Part shown: piece by piece, positions 31,157 through 41,826 of the stretch
Position numbering within the stretch: position 1 is the stretch's first letter
Layout: each line of letters starts with the position of its first letter
Assembly: GCA_963674745.2 (NCBI GenBank)
Contig: CAXXDV010000003.1
Span: forward strand, 2,208,001 to 2,272,000
Direction: 5' to 3'
DNA length: 64,000 bases
Origin: Desulfosudaceae bacterium
Lineage (GTDB): Bacteria; Desulfobacterota; Desulfobacteria; Desulfobacterales; Desulfosudaceae
Notes under the pieces: generated by a model
What the model was told of the DNA's origin: nothing
Seen by the model: the letters and a program-made list of their open reading frames with translations, nothing else
Databases searched by the model: none
Program-made: the position numbers and the translations under genes

Positions 31157-32200
31157 CTATCTACACCAGCTTTTAATTACGATTTTGGCAAAGCTCAATC
31201 CGTAACGCCAGTTTCTGCCCTTTTTACTTTTGCCGTATTTTCGTTTCAGGATGGTAATGGGCACCTCTTGAATGCGAAAACCGCCTTTGGCGGCGTTGAT
31301 GATTAACTCACTGGTATGAAACTGATCTTCATCCAGCGGGATCCGCCGCACCACATCCATTTTAAAGGCCCGGAATCCGCTGGAAGGGTCGGTGATGCTC
31401 AAACCGGTCAGCCGGTTAATGACAAAGCTGAAAAAATAGACGCCGGCCAACCTGAAAAGGCTGTCTTTTTCCCGCCCACCGATAATGCGCGATCCGATAA
31501 CAATATCAGACTGATCTTTCAACAGGGGCGATAAAATAAGCGAAAGCTCTTCAGGATTATGCTGACCGTCGGCGTCCATGGTAATACAGATATCAATATC
31601 GGCCTTTTGAAGAATATCATATCCTAATCTCAAAGCGGCTCCGCCTCCGCGGTTAATCAGGCTGCGAACCGCGACAGCCCCGGACGAAATCGCGCAATCA
31701 TAGGTTTCATCATCGCTGCCGTCATCCACCACGACGACGCCCAGGCTTACACCATCAATTTCTTCAGGGATGCGGGGAAGTACCTCACGCAGGTTATCTG
31801 CCTCATTGTAGGCCGGAATAATGACAGCAGCGTCGCAGTCCGCAAGTTCTTGTCGAATCTTCTCAAAATACCCGTCCACAGAAACAGCCCGCACAAACCG
31901 GTCAAATTGGTACTTGTGTTTCAGGAAAGAGGATCGCAAAAGGATAAGCGAAAACCAGACAATCAGAACGGAAAAAATCAGCAGAGCCAAGATTCGGCCC
32001 CGCTCGGTGTCATCCAGAGCCATCATCCGCTGCAAAACATCAATCAAAGCCGGATTCAGGGAAAAAGAGAACAGGAACAGTCCTGATGCGGCAAACAGAA
32101 AAAAATTAAACCTGTTCCATTTTTGTCCGCGAAAAACACGAAAGCTAAAAACAAAAAACAGAATCCCGACAATCATGCCGATCAGCCTGAGACTAGACAT
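31157..32200 (-). CDS. DUF2304-like membrane domain fused to DPM1-like GT2
   Basis: N-terminal three TM segments, then IIPAYNEA, VDDGSDD, MDADGQH, IGSR, DPSSGFRAF. Confidence 0.88.
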   Translation of the reverse strand: MSSLRLIGMIVGILFFVFSFRVFRGQKWNRFNFFLFAASGLFLFSFSLNPALIDVLQRMMALDDTERGRILALLIFSVLIVWFSLILLRSSFLKHKYQFDRFVRAVSVDGYFEKIRQELADCDAAVIIPAYNEADNLREVLPRIPEEIDGVSLGVVVVDDGSDDETYDCAISSGAVAVRSLINRGGGAALRLGYDILQKADIDICITMDADGQHNPEELSLILSPLLKDQSDIVIGSRIIGGREKDSLFRLAGVYFFSFVINRLTGLSITDPSSGFRAFKMDVVRRIPLDEDQFHTSELIINAAKGGFRIQEVPITILKRKYGKSKKGRNWRYGLSFAKIVIKSWCR

Positions 32201-32580
32201 GCCGCATCCTTTATAATCTAGATTTCCGGTACATCAAAATTTGCGTGCCTTGATCCTGAACGTTTAACTTTGTCTATTAAAGTACAATTTCTTACAAGCT
32301 TAAAGCATCTTAATGTCAAAAAAAAATGAAGTCAACCAGCCGGGCGTCTTCAAAGGGCTAATATCACTATAAAATATAATTCTAAGGCAACCGGCAAATA
32401 ATTCTTTTCTTTAGTTAACCGCTTTTGTATCCTTAATCTATAAAGATTACAGCCATCGTCCGTCATTTTTGTCTGACTTCGTTTTTTGAAAGAATCAGAG
32501 CCAGGGCAATATTTTCCGGTATACGCGCCAGGGGAAAAACCAGGGTTGGAACAAGCAGAGAAAAAGAGAACACGACATTC

Positions 32581-34800
32581 ATGAAACATCTGTTGGTGGG
32601 AATATTTCTCAAGCGTCAAATCTTTTCGGCAGCCGTCGTTCTGACGGTTCTGGCCCTGCTGACTTACGCCAACATCTTTAAATCACCGTTCATATTTGAC
32701 GACGACCGCAACATCACCGAAAATCCGCTTATCCGGATGACCGAAATTACGCCGGAAGCCCTGACCCGGGTTTTAACCCGGGTTTTAAAATGCCCGTCAC
32801 CCTTTCGCCCGCTGGCCAACCTCAGCTTTGCGGCCAACTATTTTCTCCACGGTTATGACGTCTGGGGCTATCATGCGGTCAATCTGATAATCCACATGAT
32901 TACGGCGCTTATGGTCTTTCTGGTAACCAGACAGACCCTGGCGCTTTGCCAGGCAGATGAAAGGCTTGTCCCTTTTTTCGCCGCGGCCCTTTGGCTGGTC
33001 AACCCCCTGCATACCCAGTCGGTCACATATATTGTTCAGCGAATGAATTCCATGGCCGCCATGTTTTTCATGCTGGCACTGTTCTGCTTCATCCGGGGAC
33101 GAATAAATGCTGAGACCGGACAGCCCCGCTACCGCTCAGTCATGATGTACATTTTCTGCCTGATGGCCACTGTATCCGGGCTGGCCTCAAAGCAGATTGT
33201 GGCTGTCCTGCCGCTTATCCTGCTGCTTTATGAATGGTTTTTCTTTCAAAATCTGGATCGTGCCTGGCTGAGAAAACAGCTTCCCTGGATGGGTATTTTA
33301 ATTCTGGCCTTTGTTGTTCTGATCATTATTTACCTTGGCCACAATCCGCTTGAAACACTCGGCGAGATGTACGAAAAAAAGCCGTTCACCATGAAGCAGC
33401 GCCTGCTGACCGAAGCCGGTATTGTGATCTACTATATTTCACTGCTGGTCTTTCCCTATCCCGGCAGGCTGATCATGGATTACGACTTTCCCCTGGCACA
33501 CTCGCTGATGGATCCGATGGCGACCATCCCGGCCATCGTCGCCTTAATAATGCTGCTTATCGCAGCCGCAAACACGGCTCGGAGAAACCGCCTGATCTCT
33601 TTTGCCATATGCTGGTTCCTGATTACGCTCTTGATTGAATCTACAGTCATCGGAGTGGCCCTGATTTTCGAGCACCGCACTTATCTGCCCTCGGTCTTTC
33701 CGATAATCGGGCTGACGTTTCTGATATCCCGCCTGATCCGGCCCAGGGGACTGGCCCTGGCGTCACTCAGCCTCACTATTGTCGTCTGCGGCCTGTGGAC
33801 ATACCAGCGCAATACCACCTGGCAGAACGCCCTTGACATGTGGCGGGACAATATCGCCAAAAGCCCGTCTAAGGCCAGGCCATATGACGCGCTTGGATCC
33901 GAATATACGGATCTTGATGAATTTGACACGGCAATGACGTATTTTAAGCGATCTCTTGCTCGATCAACCCCACAGGAATATCAACACGCGGTTGCGTTGT
34001 GTAAAATCGGGGAATTATTAGTGCTGATGGATCAGCCTCGAGAAGCAGCGGCTTATTTAAAAAATGCCGTCATGGCGTTCCCTGAATACTGCCAGGCCCT
34101 CATTAATTATGGCGCAGCCTTGATTCTCCTGGGACAAACGGATGAAGCCATCATGTACAACCAACGAGCCCTGGCAATCAACCCTTATCTGGAAAAGGCA
34201 TACAATAACCTTGGTAACGCCTGGTTCAAAAAAGGAGAAGTACCCCTGGCCGTCAGTGCTTTACGCCAGGCAATGGCCCTCAACCCGACCTATTCAAAAG
34301 CCAGTAACAATCTTGCGACAATTCTGAGCATCAACAAACGATACGGCGGCATGATCGACCTGCTGAAACAAGCCGTCCGGCAAGACCCCCAAGATCCGCA
34401 TTTAGCCTATCAGCTGGCGCGGACCAGCCAGGCCTCCGGCATGACGGATCAGGCTATTCTCTGGTATAAACAGGCGCTATCTCTTGATCCGGATCAACCG
34501 ACATATTTGAACGCCTTGGGAGAAAGCTATGTTTCCGCCGGCAGGCTCGCGGACGCGGCAAAGGCACTGGAACGACTGGCCCGACAGCTACCGGATAATC
34601 CCACCGTGTTTTACAACCTGGCCTGCCTCTATGCCCGCCAGGAGGACCGGTATAATGCTGTTGAAAACCTGAAACGTGCCGTTGAGAACGGTTATGACAA
34701 CCGGGAGCATTTGCGGAACGATAAAGACCTGGAAAAAATTCATGATACGGATTATTATAAAAATTTTATCCAAAAATCTTTACCGACACCGCAGAAATAA
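32581..34800 (+). CDS. TMTC-like GT-C glycosyltransferase with TPR repeats
   Basis: PFIFDD, NPLHTQSVTYIVQR, ASKQ, FEHRTYLPS, TPRs, terminal YNLAC motif. Confidence 0.88.
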   Translation: MKHLLVGIFLKRQIFSAAVVLTVLALLTYANIFKSPFIFDDDRNITENPLIRMTEITPEALTRVLTRVLKCPSPFRPLANLSFAANYFLHGYDVWGYHAVNLIIHMITALMVFLVTRQTLALCQADERLVPFFAAALWLVNPLHTQSVTYIVQRMNSMAAMFFMLALFCFIRGRINAETGQPRYRSVMMYIFCLMATVSGLASKQIVAVLPLILLLYEWFFFQNLDRAWLRKQLPWMGILILAFVVLIIIYLGHNPLETLGEMYEKKPFTMKQRLLTEAGIVIYYISLLVFPYPGRLIMDYDFPLAHSLMDPMATIPAIVALIMLLIAAANTARRNRLISFAICWFLITLLIESTVIGVALIFEHRTYLPSVFPIIGLTFLISRLIRPRGLALASLSLTIVVCGLWTYQRNTTWQNALDMWRDNIAKSPSKARPYDALGSEYTDLDEFDTAMTYFKRSLARSTPQEYQHAVALCKIGELLVLMDQPREAAAYLKNAVMAFPEYCQALINYGAALILLGQTDEAIMYNQRALAINPYLEKAYNNLGNAWFKKGEVPLAVSALRQAMALNPTYSKASNNLATILSINKRYGGMIDLLKQAVRQDPQDPHLAYQLARTSQASGMTDQAILWYKQALSLDPDQPTYLNALGESYVSAGRLADAAKALERLARQLPDNPTVFYNLACLYARQEDRYNAVENLKRAVENGYDNREHLRNDKDLEKIHDTDYYKNFIQKSLPTPQK

Positions 34801-34937
34801 AATCATATCAAAAACAGATATGACGATTTGGTAAAATTCCTGGCCCGGATTGAGGCCCAGAAAGAGATGATGGAGAATGACGACAAAAAATCTTCTACGG
34901 GTATACGACATGACGACAGGGAGAAGCTAATCGATCC

Positions 34938-37133
34938 ATGAATCTTCCTTTATTTGGCAGCCACTCCCGGTGGCGGGTTCTCTTGATGCTTGTTTTTTTG
35001 ACGGCTGTATCGATTCCGGCTTACGTCAACATCCTTGACGCACCGTTTGTTTTTGACGACCTGCCCAACATCGTCAATAGCCCCCATATTCGATTGACAG
35101 AACTTACTTTAGACGGAATCATTAATGGCACCAAGGGGCAGTCTCCATTTCGACCGGTTGCTTATCTCTCTTTCTCATTAAACTATTATTTTTCCCGTTA
35201 TAACGTCACCGGTTTTCATCTGACCAATATTACCATTCATATCGCCGTCGCCTTTATGGTGTTTCTGATCGCCGGCCACACCCTGAGACTGGCTGGTATA
35301 ACCAGAGGTGTTATTCCGGAACTTTCAGCCATAGCCTGGCTGGTACACCCGCTCCATATCCAGTCCGTTACTTATACAGTACAACGCGTCAACAGCCTGG
35401 CCACCCTGTTCTTCCTGCTCAGTCTTTATCTGTATATCCTGGCCAGGCTGGCGCAGCGAACAGGCAAAAACAATCGCCTCAGAGCTGGTATGCTGTTTTC
35501 TGGATGCCTGGTTTCCGGGTTGCTGGCGCTGTTTTCAAAAGAAATTGCGGCGACACTGCCGGTATGCATCCTTCTTTACGAAATATTCTTTTTCCAGGGC
35601 CTGAGTCTTTCACGGCTTAAAAGGCCGGCCGAATGGCTGATCCTGATCTTCGTGATCTTAATACCCATCGCTATTCTCTATATTAAAGCGTCCCCCGTGG
35701 ACAGGGTTCTGGATTCCTATACCAATAAAGATTTTACCCTCGGCCAGCGCTTGCTAACCGAACCCAGGGTGATTGTCTATTATCTATCGCTCCTTTTTTT
35801 CCCGCACCCGGCCCGGTTAAATGTGGATTATGATTTTCCGATATCCAATTCACCGCTAGACCCGATCATGAGCCTGCTGGCGATAACGGCCATTATCGCC
35901 CTGCTGATAAAAGCCTTTTACCGGCCGAAACATCAACAGTTGTTGTCATTTGCCATTCTCTGGTTTCTGGGCAACCTGATCATCGAGTCTTCTTTTATCG
36001 GGCTGGCGATAATATTCGAACATCGGACCTATCTCCCCTCCACCTTCCTGATATTTGCTCTGGTAACAATTCTCATAAAAAAATTATCCCCTTCGATTGC
36101 CGCCGTTATTATCAGTTTGGCCATCATCACAGGAATGATCTGGACGCATCAGCGCAACGCCGTCTGGGAAGATACGCTCTCCCTGTGGCGGAACTGCGCC
36201 GAGAAAACACCCGGGAAAGCCGGCCCGGCCAACGGGGTGGGGTTGGGTTATCAACTGCACCAGCAACCGGAAAAGGCCCTTAAATGGTTTCTTAAAGCCG
36301 TGCAATTGAATCCGGGCTACCATGAGGCATACAGCAATGTCGGGGGAATCCTTATCAATCTGGGTCGTGCCGCCGAAGCCGTGCCCTATCTGGAAAAGGC
36401 CATCGCCTTGAACCCGGCAAACCATGCGGCCTTCAGCAACCTGGGGTCGGCCATGCAACGGATGAACCAACTCGAAAAAGCCGCCGGATATTATCGAAAA
36501 TCTATCAGCATCTATCCGGATTACGAAACCGCGCACAACAATCTCGGGGCCGTTCTGGTGGACATGGGGGATGTCGATCTAGCCCGGCACCACCTTAATC
36601 AGGCCATTCGCATCAACCCCGGATATCCAGACCCTTTTAACAACCTGGGACGGGCCATGATGCGGCTGGGGCGGACCGCGGATGCCATCAGCTATTATCA
36701 AAAAGCAATCGCCTTGAACCCGGAATACGCCATGGCCCATTTCAACTTGGGCACGGCCTGTTTCGAGGAACAGGACCTGGACTGCGCTCGTCGACACCTG
36801 GAACAGGCGGCCCGGTTTGCGCCGAACCCCGTGCTGGCCTTGAATAATCTGACGGCCGTACTGGTCATGCAGAAAGAATACGGGAAGGCGGCCGAAACCC
36901 TGGTCGAATTAATCGGGCTGCTCCCTGAAAGCGCCACCGTGCGTTACAACCTGGCCTGCGTTTACGCCATGGACGACAAAAAAGGGGACGCGATAAAATA
37001 TCTCAAACAAGCCGTCAATCTGGGTTATGACCACTGGGAGAACATGAGAAAAGATCCGGATCTGAAAAAAATTCGTGATACGGACTATTATCAAAACCTG
37101 GTACATGAGAATACCAGGAAGACTGAACAATGA
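34938..37133 (+). CDS. TMTC-like GT-C glycosyltransferase with TPR repeats
   Basis: PFVFDD, HPLHIQSVTYTVQR, FSKE, FEHRTYLPS, TPRs, terminal YNLAC motif. Confidence 0.88.
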   Translation: MNLPLFGSHSRWRVLLMLVFLTAVSIPAYVNILDAPFVFDDLPNIVNSPHIRLTELTLDGIINGTKGQSPFRPVAYLSFSLNYYFSRYNVTGFHLTNITIHIAVAFMVFLIAGHTLRLAGITRGVIPELSAIAWLVHPLHIQSVTYTVQRVNSLATLFFLLSLYLYILARLAQRTGKNNRLRAGMLFSGCLVSGLLALFSKEIAATLPVCILLYEIFFFQGLSLSRLKRPAEWLILIFVILIPIAILYIKASPVDRVLDSYTNKDFTLGQRLLTEPRVIVYYLSLLFFPHPARLNVDYDFPISNSPLDPIMSLLAITAIIALLIKAFYRPKHQQLLSFAILWFLGNLIIESSFIGLAIIFEHRTYLPSTFLIFALVTILIKKLSPSIAAVIISLAIITGMIWTHQRNAVWEDTLSLWRNCAEKTPGKAGPANGVGLGYQLHQQPEKALKWFLKAVQLNPGYHEAYSNVGGILINLGRAAEAVPYLEKAIALNPANHAAFSNLGSAMQRMNQLEKAAGYYRKSISIYPDYETAHNNLGAVLVDMGDVDLARHHLNQAIRINPGYPDPFNNLGRAMMRLGRTADAISYYQKAIALNPEYAMAHFNLGTACFEEQDLDCARRHLEQAARFAPNPVLALNNLTAVLVMQKEYGKAAETLVELIGLLPESATVRYNLACVYAMDDKKGDAIKYLKQAVNLGYDHWENMRKDPDLKKIRDTDYYQNLVHENTRKTEQ

Positions 37134-37139
37134 CATTTC

Positions 37140-39593
37140 TTGCGGCAGCATCATATGCTGATATCAAACAAAAAACACGAATACACGATGCCCGGCAATA
37201 ACCCAAGTTTAACAATTCGTTCTTCAAGCGACTTCCCGGCATTCCACTTCCTTCTATCAGCCGCGGTAATGGCCCTGATCACCTTATTCGCTTATGCCGA
37301 TACCTTCAACGTCCCGTTTATTTACGATGATGTCAATAATATCACCTTAAACCGCCATATCCGGATGACAGCCGTCACTTTTGACAGCATTGCAGCCGTA
37401 TCCGAAAGCCCCAGTCCGCGCCCCTTCGCCAACCTGACGTTGGCCTTGAATTACTATTTCGGCCGTTATGACGTCCGGGGCTACCATGCCGTCAATCTGA
37501 CCATTCATATTCTGACGGGCCTTCTGCTGTTTCTGGTCGCCCGGTCCACCCTGCGGCTCTGCGGAACGGAGGACGTGATAGCACCGCTTCTGGCCGCGGC
37601 CCTGTGGCTGGTCAACCCGGTTCACACCCAGTCGGTGACCTACACCGTTCAGCGCATGAGCTCTCTGGCCACCCTGTTCTACCTTTTGGCCCTGTCATGT
37701 TATATCCGGGCGCGAATAACGGCTTTATCCGGACAAGGCCGCATTCCGCAAGTGCTTCTTTACGCGCTCTGCCTGGCCTCCGGTATACTCGGGCTGCTTT
37801 CCAAGCAGACAACGGCCACCCTGCCGGTGATGCTGTTTTTATATGAATGGTATTTCTTTCAGGACCGGAATCCGGGCTGGCTGAAAAAACAGGTACCCTG
37901 GATCGGTCTGACCGCCCTCCTGGTTCTTGTCGTGGCTGCCCCCTACCTGGGTACCAGCCCGCTGGATAAAATGCTGACAATCTATGAAAAGCAGCCGTTC
38001 ACCCCGGCCCAGCGGCTGCTGACCGAGCCGGCCGTGGTGATCTATTATATCAGCCTGCTGTTGTTTCCCCATCCGGACCGGCTGACCCTGCTTTACGATT
38101 TTCCGATTTTTTCATCGATGACCACCCCGATGACGGCCCTGGCAGGTATCATGGGTGTTTCCGTCCTGGTCCTGGCCGGTCTGATGCTGTCAGGGAAACA
38201 CCGCCTGCTGTCTTTCGCCGTTTTCTGGTTTCTGGGTAACCTGGTCATCGAATCCTCGGTCTTAGGCCTGGCAATTGTTTTTGAGCACCGGACCTACCTG
38301 CCGTCGGTTTTTCCCTTGATCGCCCTGACCGCGCTGGGGGTATCGGCATTCCGAAAACGGTGGCCGGCCGTAGTGATTGCCGGTTTCCTGATCCTCATCT
38401 GCGGCTTCTGGACACACCAGCGCAACACGGTCTGGAATGATACTGTCGGCTTCTGGCAGGACAATGTCGCCAAGGCCCCTGATATGCCGGAAGTCAACAA
38501 CAACCTGGGACAGGCCCTGCTGAAAAAAGGAGAAACCGAACAGGCGGCCGATTACTTCAAAATTGCCATGAAAAAAGATCCCGACCTGGAATCAGCCCGA
38601 GTCAACCTGGGGGTAACCCTGCAGCGAATGGGACAATCAGAATTAGCGGCCTCCCTCTACCGGACAATACTGACAACCAATCCCGCCAATACCAAGGCCC
38701 GGTTCAACCTGGCGATGCTTTTCAAAGAGGGCGGCCATACAGAAGCCGCTGTCAGGCAGTTAAAAAAAATAATCGCCGTCGACCCCCATGACACCAGCAC
38801 CATGCTCAATCTCGGCACGATCCTGCTGGAACAGCAGCACAACGCTCAAGCACTCATGTGGTTCAGAAAAGCCCTTACCCTGGATGCCGATGACCCCAAG
38901 CTCCTCAACAATCTGGGTGTTGTGCTGCACCGCCTGGACCGGACCGAAGAAGCCATAAGCGTACTGCGGCAGGGACTGACGCTGGCCCCGCACAACCCCA
39001 TGCTTCATAATAGCTTGGGATTGGCGCTGCTGGATTGTGGTCGATACGAAAAGGCCATGGAACATTTTCAACTGGCCCTGGCCGCCGATCCCGAAATGGC
39101 TGACGCCGTCAACAACCTCGGACTGGCGGCCGAAAAACAGGGAAAAACTGATCAGGCCATTGATTATTACCGGCAGGCCATGGGACTATCCCCGGCATAC
39201 GATCTGGCCCGCTACAATCTCGCGAATCTTCTCCTGAAAACGGGTCAGCCCGACAGCGCCATTTCCCTGCTGAACGACATCACCACCGTAAGTCCGGAAC
39301 ATCAGCCGGCCCTGCATCGGCTCATCGTTGCCCTGGTTGACGCACGGGCAATAGGCCCGGCAACCAGGCTGGCCGAAAAAACAGCGGCGGCATTACCCGA
39401 AGAGGCTGTTGCGCACTACAACCTGGCCTGCCTTTACGCGAGGCAGAACGATACAGACAAGGCTGTTAATGCCCTGCGAACAGCGATCGACAGAGGATAT
39501 GACCGCTGGGATTATCTGTGCGACGATAAAGACCTTGAGAATATTCACTATACGGAATATTATAAACTATTGACGCGGCAATGTGATCAATGA
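37140..39593 (+). CDS. TMTC-like GT-C glycosyltransferase with TPR repeats
   Basis: PFIYDD, NPVHTQSVTYTVQR, FEHRTYLPS, long TPR array; true start probably a downstream ATG. Confidence 0.88.
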   Translation: MRQHHMLISNKKHEYTMPGNNPSLTIRSSSDFPAFHFLLSAAVMALITLFAYADTFNVPFIYDDVNNITLNRHIRMTAVTFDSIAAVSESPSPRPFANLTLALNYYFGRYDVRGYHAVNLTIHILTGLLLFLVARSTLRLCGTEDVIAPLLAAALWLVNPVHTQSVTYTVQRMSSLATLFYLLALSCYIRARITALSGQGRIPQVLLYALCLASGILGLLSKQTTATLPVMLFLYEWYFFQDRNPGWLKKQVPWIGLTALLVLVVAAPYLGTSPLDKMLTIYEKQPFTPAQRLLTEPAVVIYYISLLLFPHPDRLTLLYDFPIFSSMTTPMTALAGIMGVSVLVLAGLMLSGKHRLLSFAVFWFLGNLVIESSVLGLAIVFEHRTYLPSVFPLIALTALGVSAFRKRWPAVVIAGFLILICGFWTHQRNTVWNDTVGFWQDNVAKAPDMPEVNNNLGQALLKKGETEQAADYFKIAMKKDPDLESARVNLGVTLQRMGQSELAASLYRTILTTNPANTKARFNLAMLFKEGGHTEAAVRQLKKIIAVDPHDTSTMLNLGTILLEQQHNAQALMWFRKALTLDADDPKLLNNLGVVLHRLDRTEEAISVLRQGLTLAPHNPMLHNSLGLALLDCGRYEKAMEHFQLALAADPEMADAVNNLGLAAEKQGKTDQAIDYYRQAMGLSPAYDLARYNLANLLLKTGQPDSAISLLNDITTVSPEHQPALHRLIVALVDARAIGPATRLAEKTAAALPEEAVAHYNLACLYARQNDTDKAVNALRTAIDRGYDRWDYLCDDKDLENIHYTEYYKLLTRQCDQ
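37355..38599 (+). repeat. Near-identical 1.25-kb direct repeat, copy 1
   Basis: Matches 39848-41092 at offset 2493 with only scattered substitutions. Confidence 0.9.
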
Positions 39594-39680
39594 AGCTTAA
39601 GCAGTCACTGAAATATACCAATCCTGTCCCGGATGCCCGATCAATGGCAATGACGGGCGGAGGGGCTCCCGACGTCCGGA

Positions 39681-41675
39681 ATGCGAGGGCATAAAACAGC
39701 CATGACGACCGTTCTTTTAAACAGCCATCCCGGGCGCCAGACCGTTCTTGCGGTCGCTGTCATGACGTTACTGGCTTTACTGGTTTACGCTAATACTTTC
39801 AATGTTCCTTTTAATTACGACGACACCAACAACATTCTCACGAACACCCATATCCGGATGACAGCCGTCACTTTTGACAGCATTGCAGCCGTATCCGAAA
39901 GCCCCAGTCCGCGCCCCTTCGCCAATCTGACGTTGGCCTTGAATTACTATTTCGGCCGTTATGACGTCCGGGGCTACCATGCCGTCAATCTGACCATTCA
40001 TATTCTGACGGGCCTTCTGCTGTTTCTGGTCGCCCGGTCCACCCTGCGGCTCTGCGGAACGGAGGACGTGATAGCACCGCTTCTAGCCGCGGCCCTGTGG
40101 CTGGTCAACCCGGTTCACACCCAGTCGGTGACCTACACCGTTCAGCGCATGAGCTCTCTGGCCACCCTGTTCTACCTTTTGGCCCTGTCATGTTATATCC
40201 GGGCGCGAATAACGGCTTTATCCGGACAAGGCCGCATTCCGCAAGTGCTTCTTTACGCGCTCTGCCTGGCCTCCGGTATACTCGGGCTGCTTTCCAAGCA
40301 GACAACGGCCACCCTGCCGGTGATGCTGTTTTTATATGAATGGTATTTCTTTCAGGACCGGAATCCGGGCTGGCTGAAAAAACAGGTACCCTGGATCGGT
40401 CTGACCGCCCTCCTGGTTCTTATCGTGGCTGCCCCCTACCTGGGTACCAGCCCGCTGGATAAAATACTGACGACCTATGTAAAACAGCCGTTCACCCCGG
40501 CCCAGCGGCTGCTGACCGAGCCGGCCGTGGTGATCTATTATATCAGCCTGCTGTTGTTTCCCCATCCGGACCGGCTGACCCTGCTTTACGATTTTCCGAT
40601 TTTTTCATCAATGACCACCCCGATGACGGCCCTGGCAGGTATCATGGGTGTTTCCGTCCTGGTCCTGGCCGGTCTGATGCTGTCAGGGAAACACCGCCTG
40701 CTGTCTTTCGCCGTTTTCTGGTTTCTGGGCAACCTGGTCATCGAATCCTCGGTCTTAGGCCTGGCAATTGTTTTTGAGCACCGGACCTACCTGCCGTCGG
40801 TTTTTCCCTTGATCGCCCTGACCGCGCTGGGGGTATCGGCATTCCGAAAACGGTGGCCGGCCGTAGTGATTGCCGGTTTCCTGATCCTCATCTGCGGCTT
40901 CTGGACACACCAGCGCAACACGGTCTGGAATGATACTGTCGGCTTCTGGCAGGACAATGTCGCCAAGGCCCCTGATATGCCGGAAGTCAACAACAACCTG
41001 GGACAGGCCCTGCTGAAAAAAGGAGAAACCGAACAGGCGGCCGATTACTTCAAAACTGCCATAGAAAAAGATCCCGACCTGGAATCAGCCCGTCTTAACC
41101 TGGGCGTGGTAATGCTGATGACCGGAAAAATAAAACAGGCCGAAGCGCACCTTGAACAGGCCGCTTTGCTGGTTCCGGATTGCGGTCACTATAACAATCT
41201 GGGACTGACCGTCATGAAAACAGGCGACATTGAACGGGCCATTGCCTTTTTCAACCAGGCCCTTTATTTCAATCCCCATGATGCCAATACTCACTTCAAT
41301 CTGGGTACGGCCTGGTTTCAGCAAAAAAATCTGGATCGGGCCCGGAAACATCTGCAGCAGGCGGCCCGGTTGGCACCGGATCCTGTACTGGCACTGAATA
41401 ACCTTACAACTGTTTTGGTCATGCAAAAAAAATACGAGGAAGCCGCTAATACACTTCGCCACCTCTCCCGACTGAAACCGCATAATCCTGCGATCTATTA
41501 CAACCTGGCCTGCGTTTACGCCCTTAAAAACGAAAAGGAAACGTCCGTAGAAACGCTTAAAAGGGCCGTGGATTTGGGTTACAACCGCTGGCATCATCTG
41601 AAAAACGATCCCGACCTCGCCAACATACATGACACGGCTTACTTTAAGCGCCTGACAGGAACCGGAGGCATGTGA
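39681..41675 (+). CDS. TMTC-like GT-C glycosyltransferase with TPR repeats (mosaic)
   Basis: Membrane domain nearly identical to 37140-39593; different, shorter TPR tail. Confidence 0.88.
   Translation: MRGHKTAMTTVLLNSHPGRQTVLAVAVMTLLALLVYANTFNVPFNYDDTNNILTNTHIRMTAVTFDSIAAVSESPSPRPFANLTLALNYYFGRYDVRGYHAVNLTIHILTGLLLFLVARSTLRLCGTEDVIAPLLAAALWLVNPVHTQSVTYTVQRMSSLATLFYLLALSCYIRARITALSGQGRIPQVLLYALCLASGILGLLSKQTTATLPVMLFLYEWYFFQDRNPGWLKKQVPWIGLTALLVLIVAAPYLGTSPLDKILTTYVKQPFTPAQRLLTEPAVVIYYISLLLFPHPDRLTLLYDFPIFSSMTTPMTALAGIMGVSVLVLAGLMLSGKHRLLSFAVFWFLGNLVIESSVLGLAIVFEHRTYLPSVFPLIALTALGVSAFRKRWPAVVIAGFLILICGFWTHQRNTVWNDTVGFWQDNVAKAPDMPEVNNNLGQALLKKGETEQAADYFKTAIEKDPDLESARLNLGVVMLMTGKIKQAEAHLEQAALLVPDCGHYNNLGLTVMKTGDIERAIAFFNQALYFNPHDANTHFNLGTAWFQQKNLDRARKHLQQAARLAPDPVLALNNLTTVLVMQKKYEEAANTLRHLSRLKPHNPAIYYNLACVYALKNEKETSVETLKRAVDLGYNRWHHLKNDPDLANIHDTAYFKRLTGTGGM
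39848..41092 (+). repeat. Near-identical 1.25-kb direct repeat, copy 2
   Basis: Matches 37355-38599. Confidence 0.9.
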
Positions 41676-41826
41676 TGACGACAAAGATCAGACATGACGT
41701 TTTTTGGCAAAAAAAAGACAAAAAAGGGCAAACGCCGGTTCTGCGTTGTTGCACCGGAAAAATAAAAAACATGCAACTATTTTATAATATTATAATTTAA
41801 GCCAAAGACGGCCTTTAAAATAAAGC

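Noticed and set aside
32764..32787. 12-bp tandem duplication (ACCCGGGTTTTA x2) in a TMTC-like gene
   Set aside because: In-frame 4-aa duplication in a variable loop; no evidence of function
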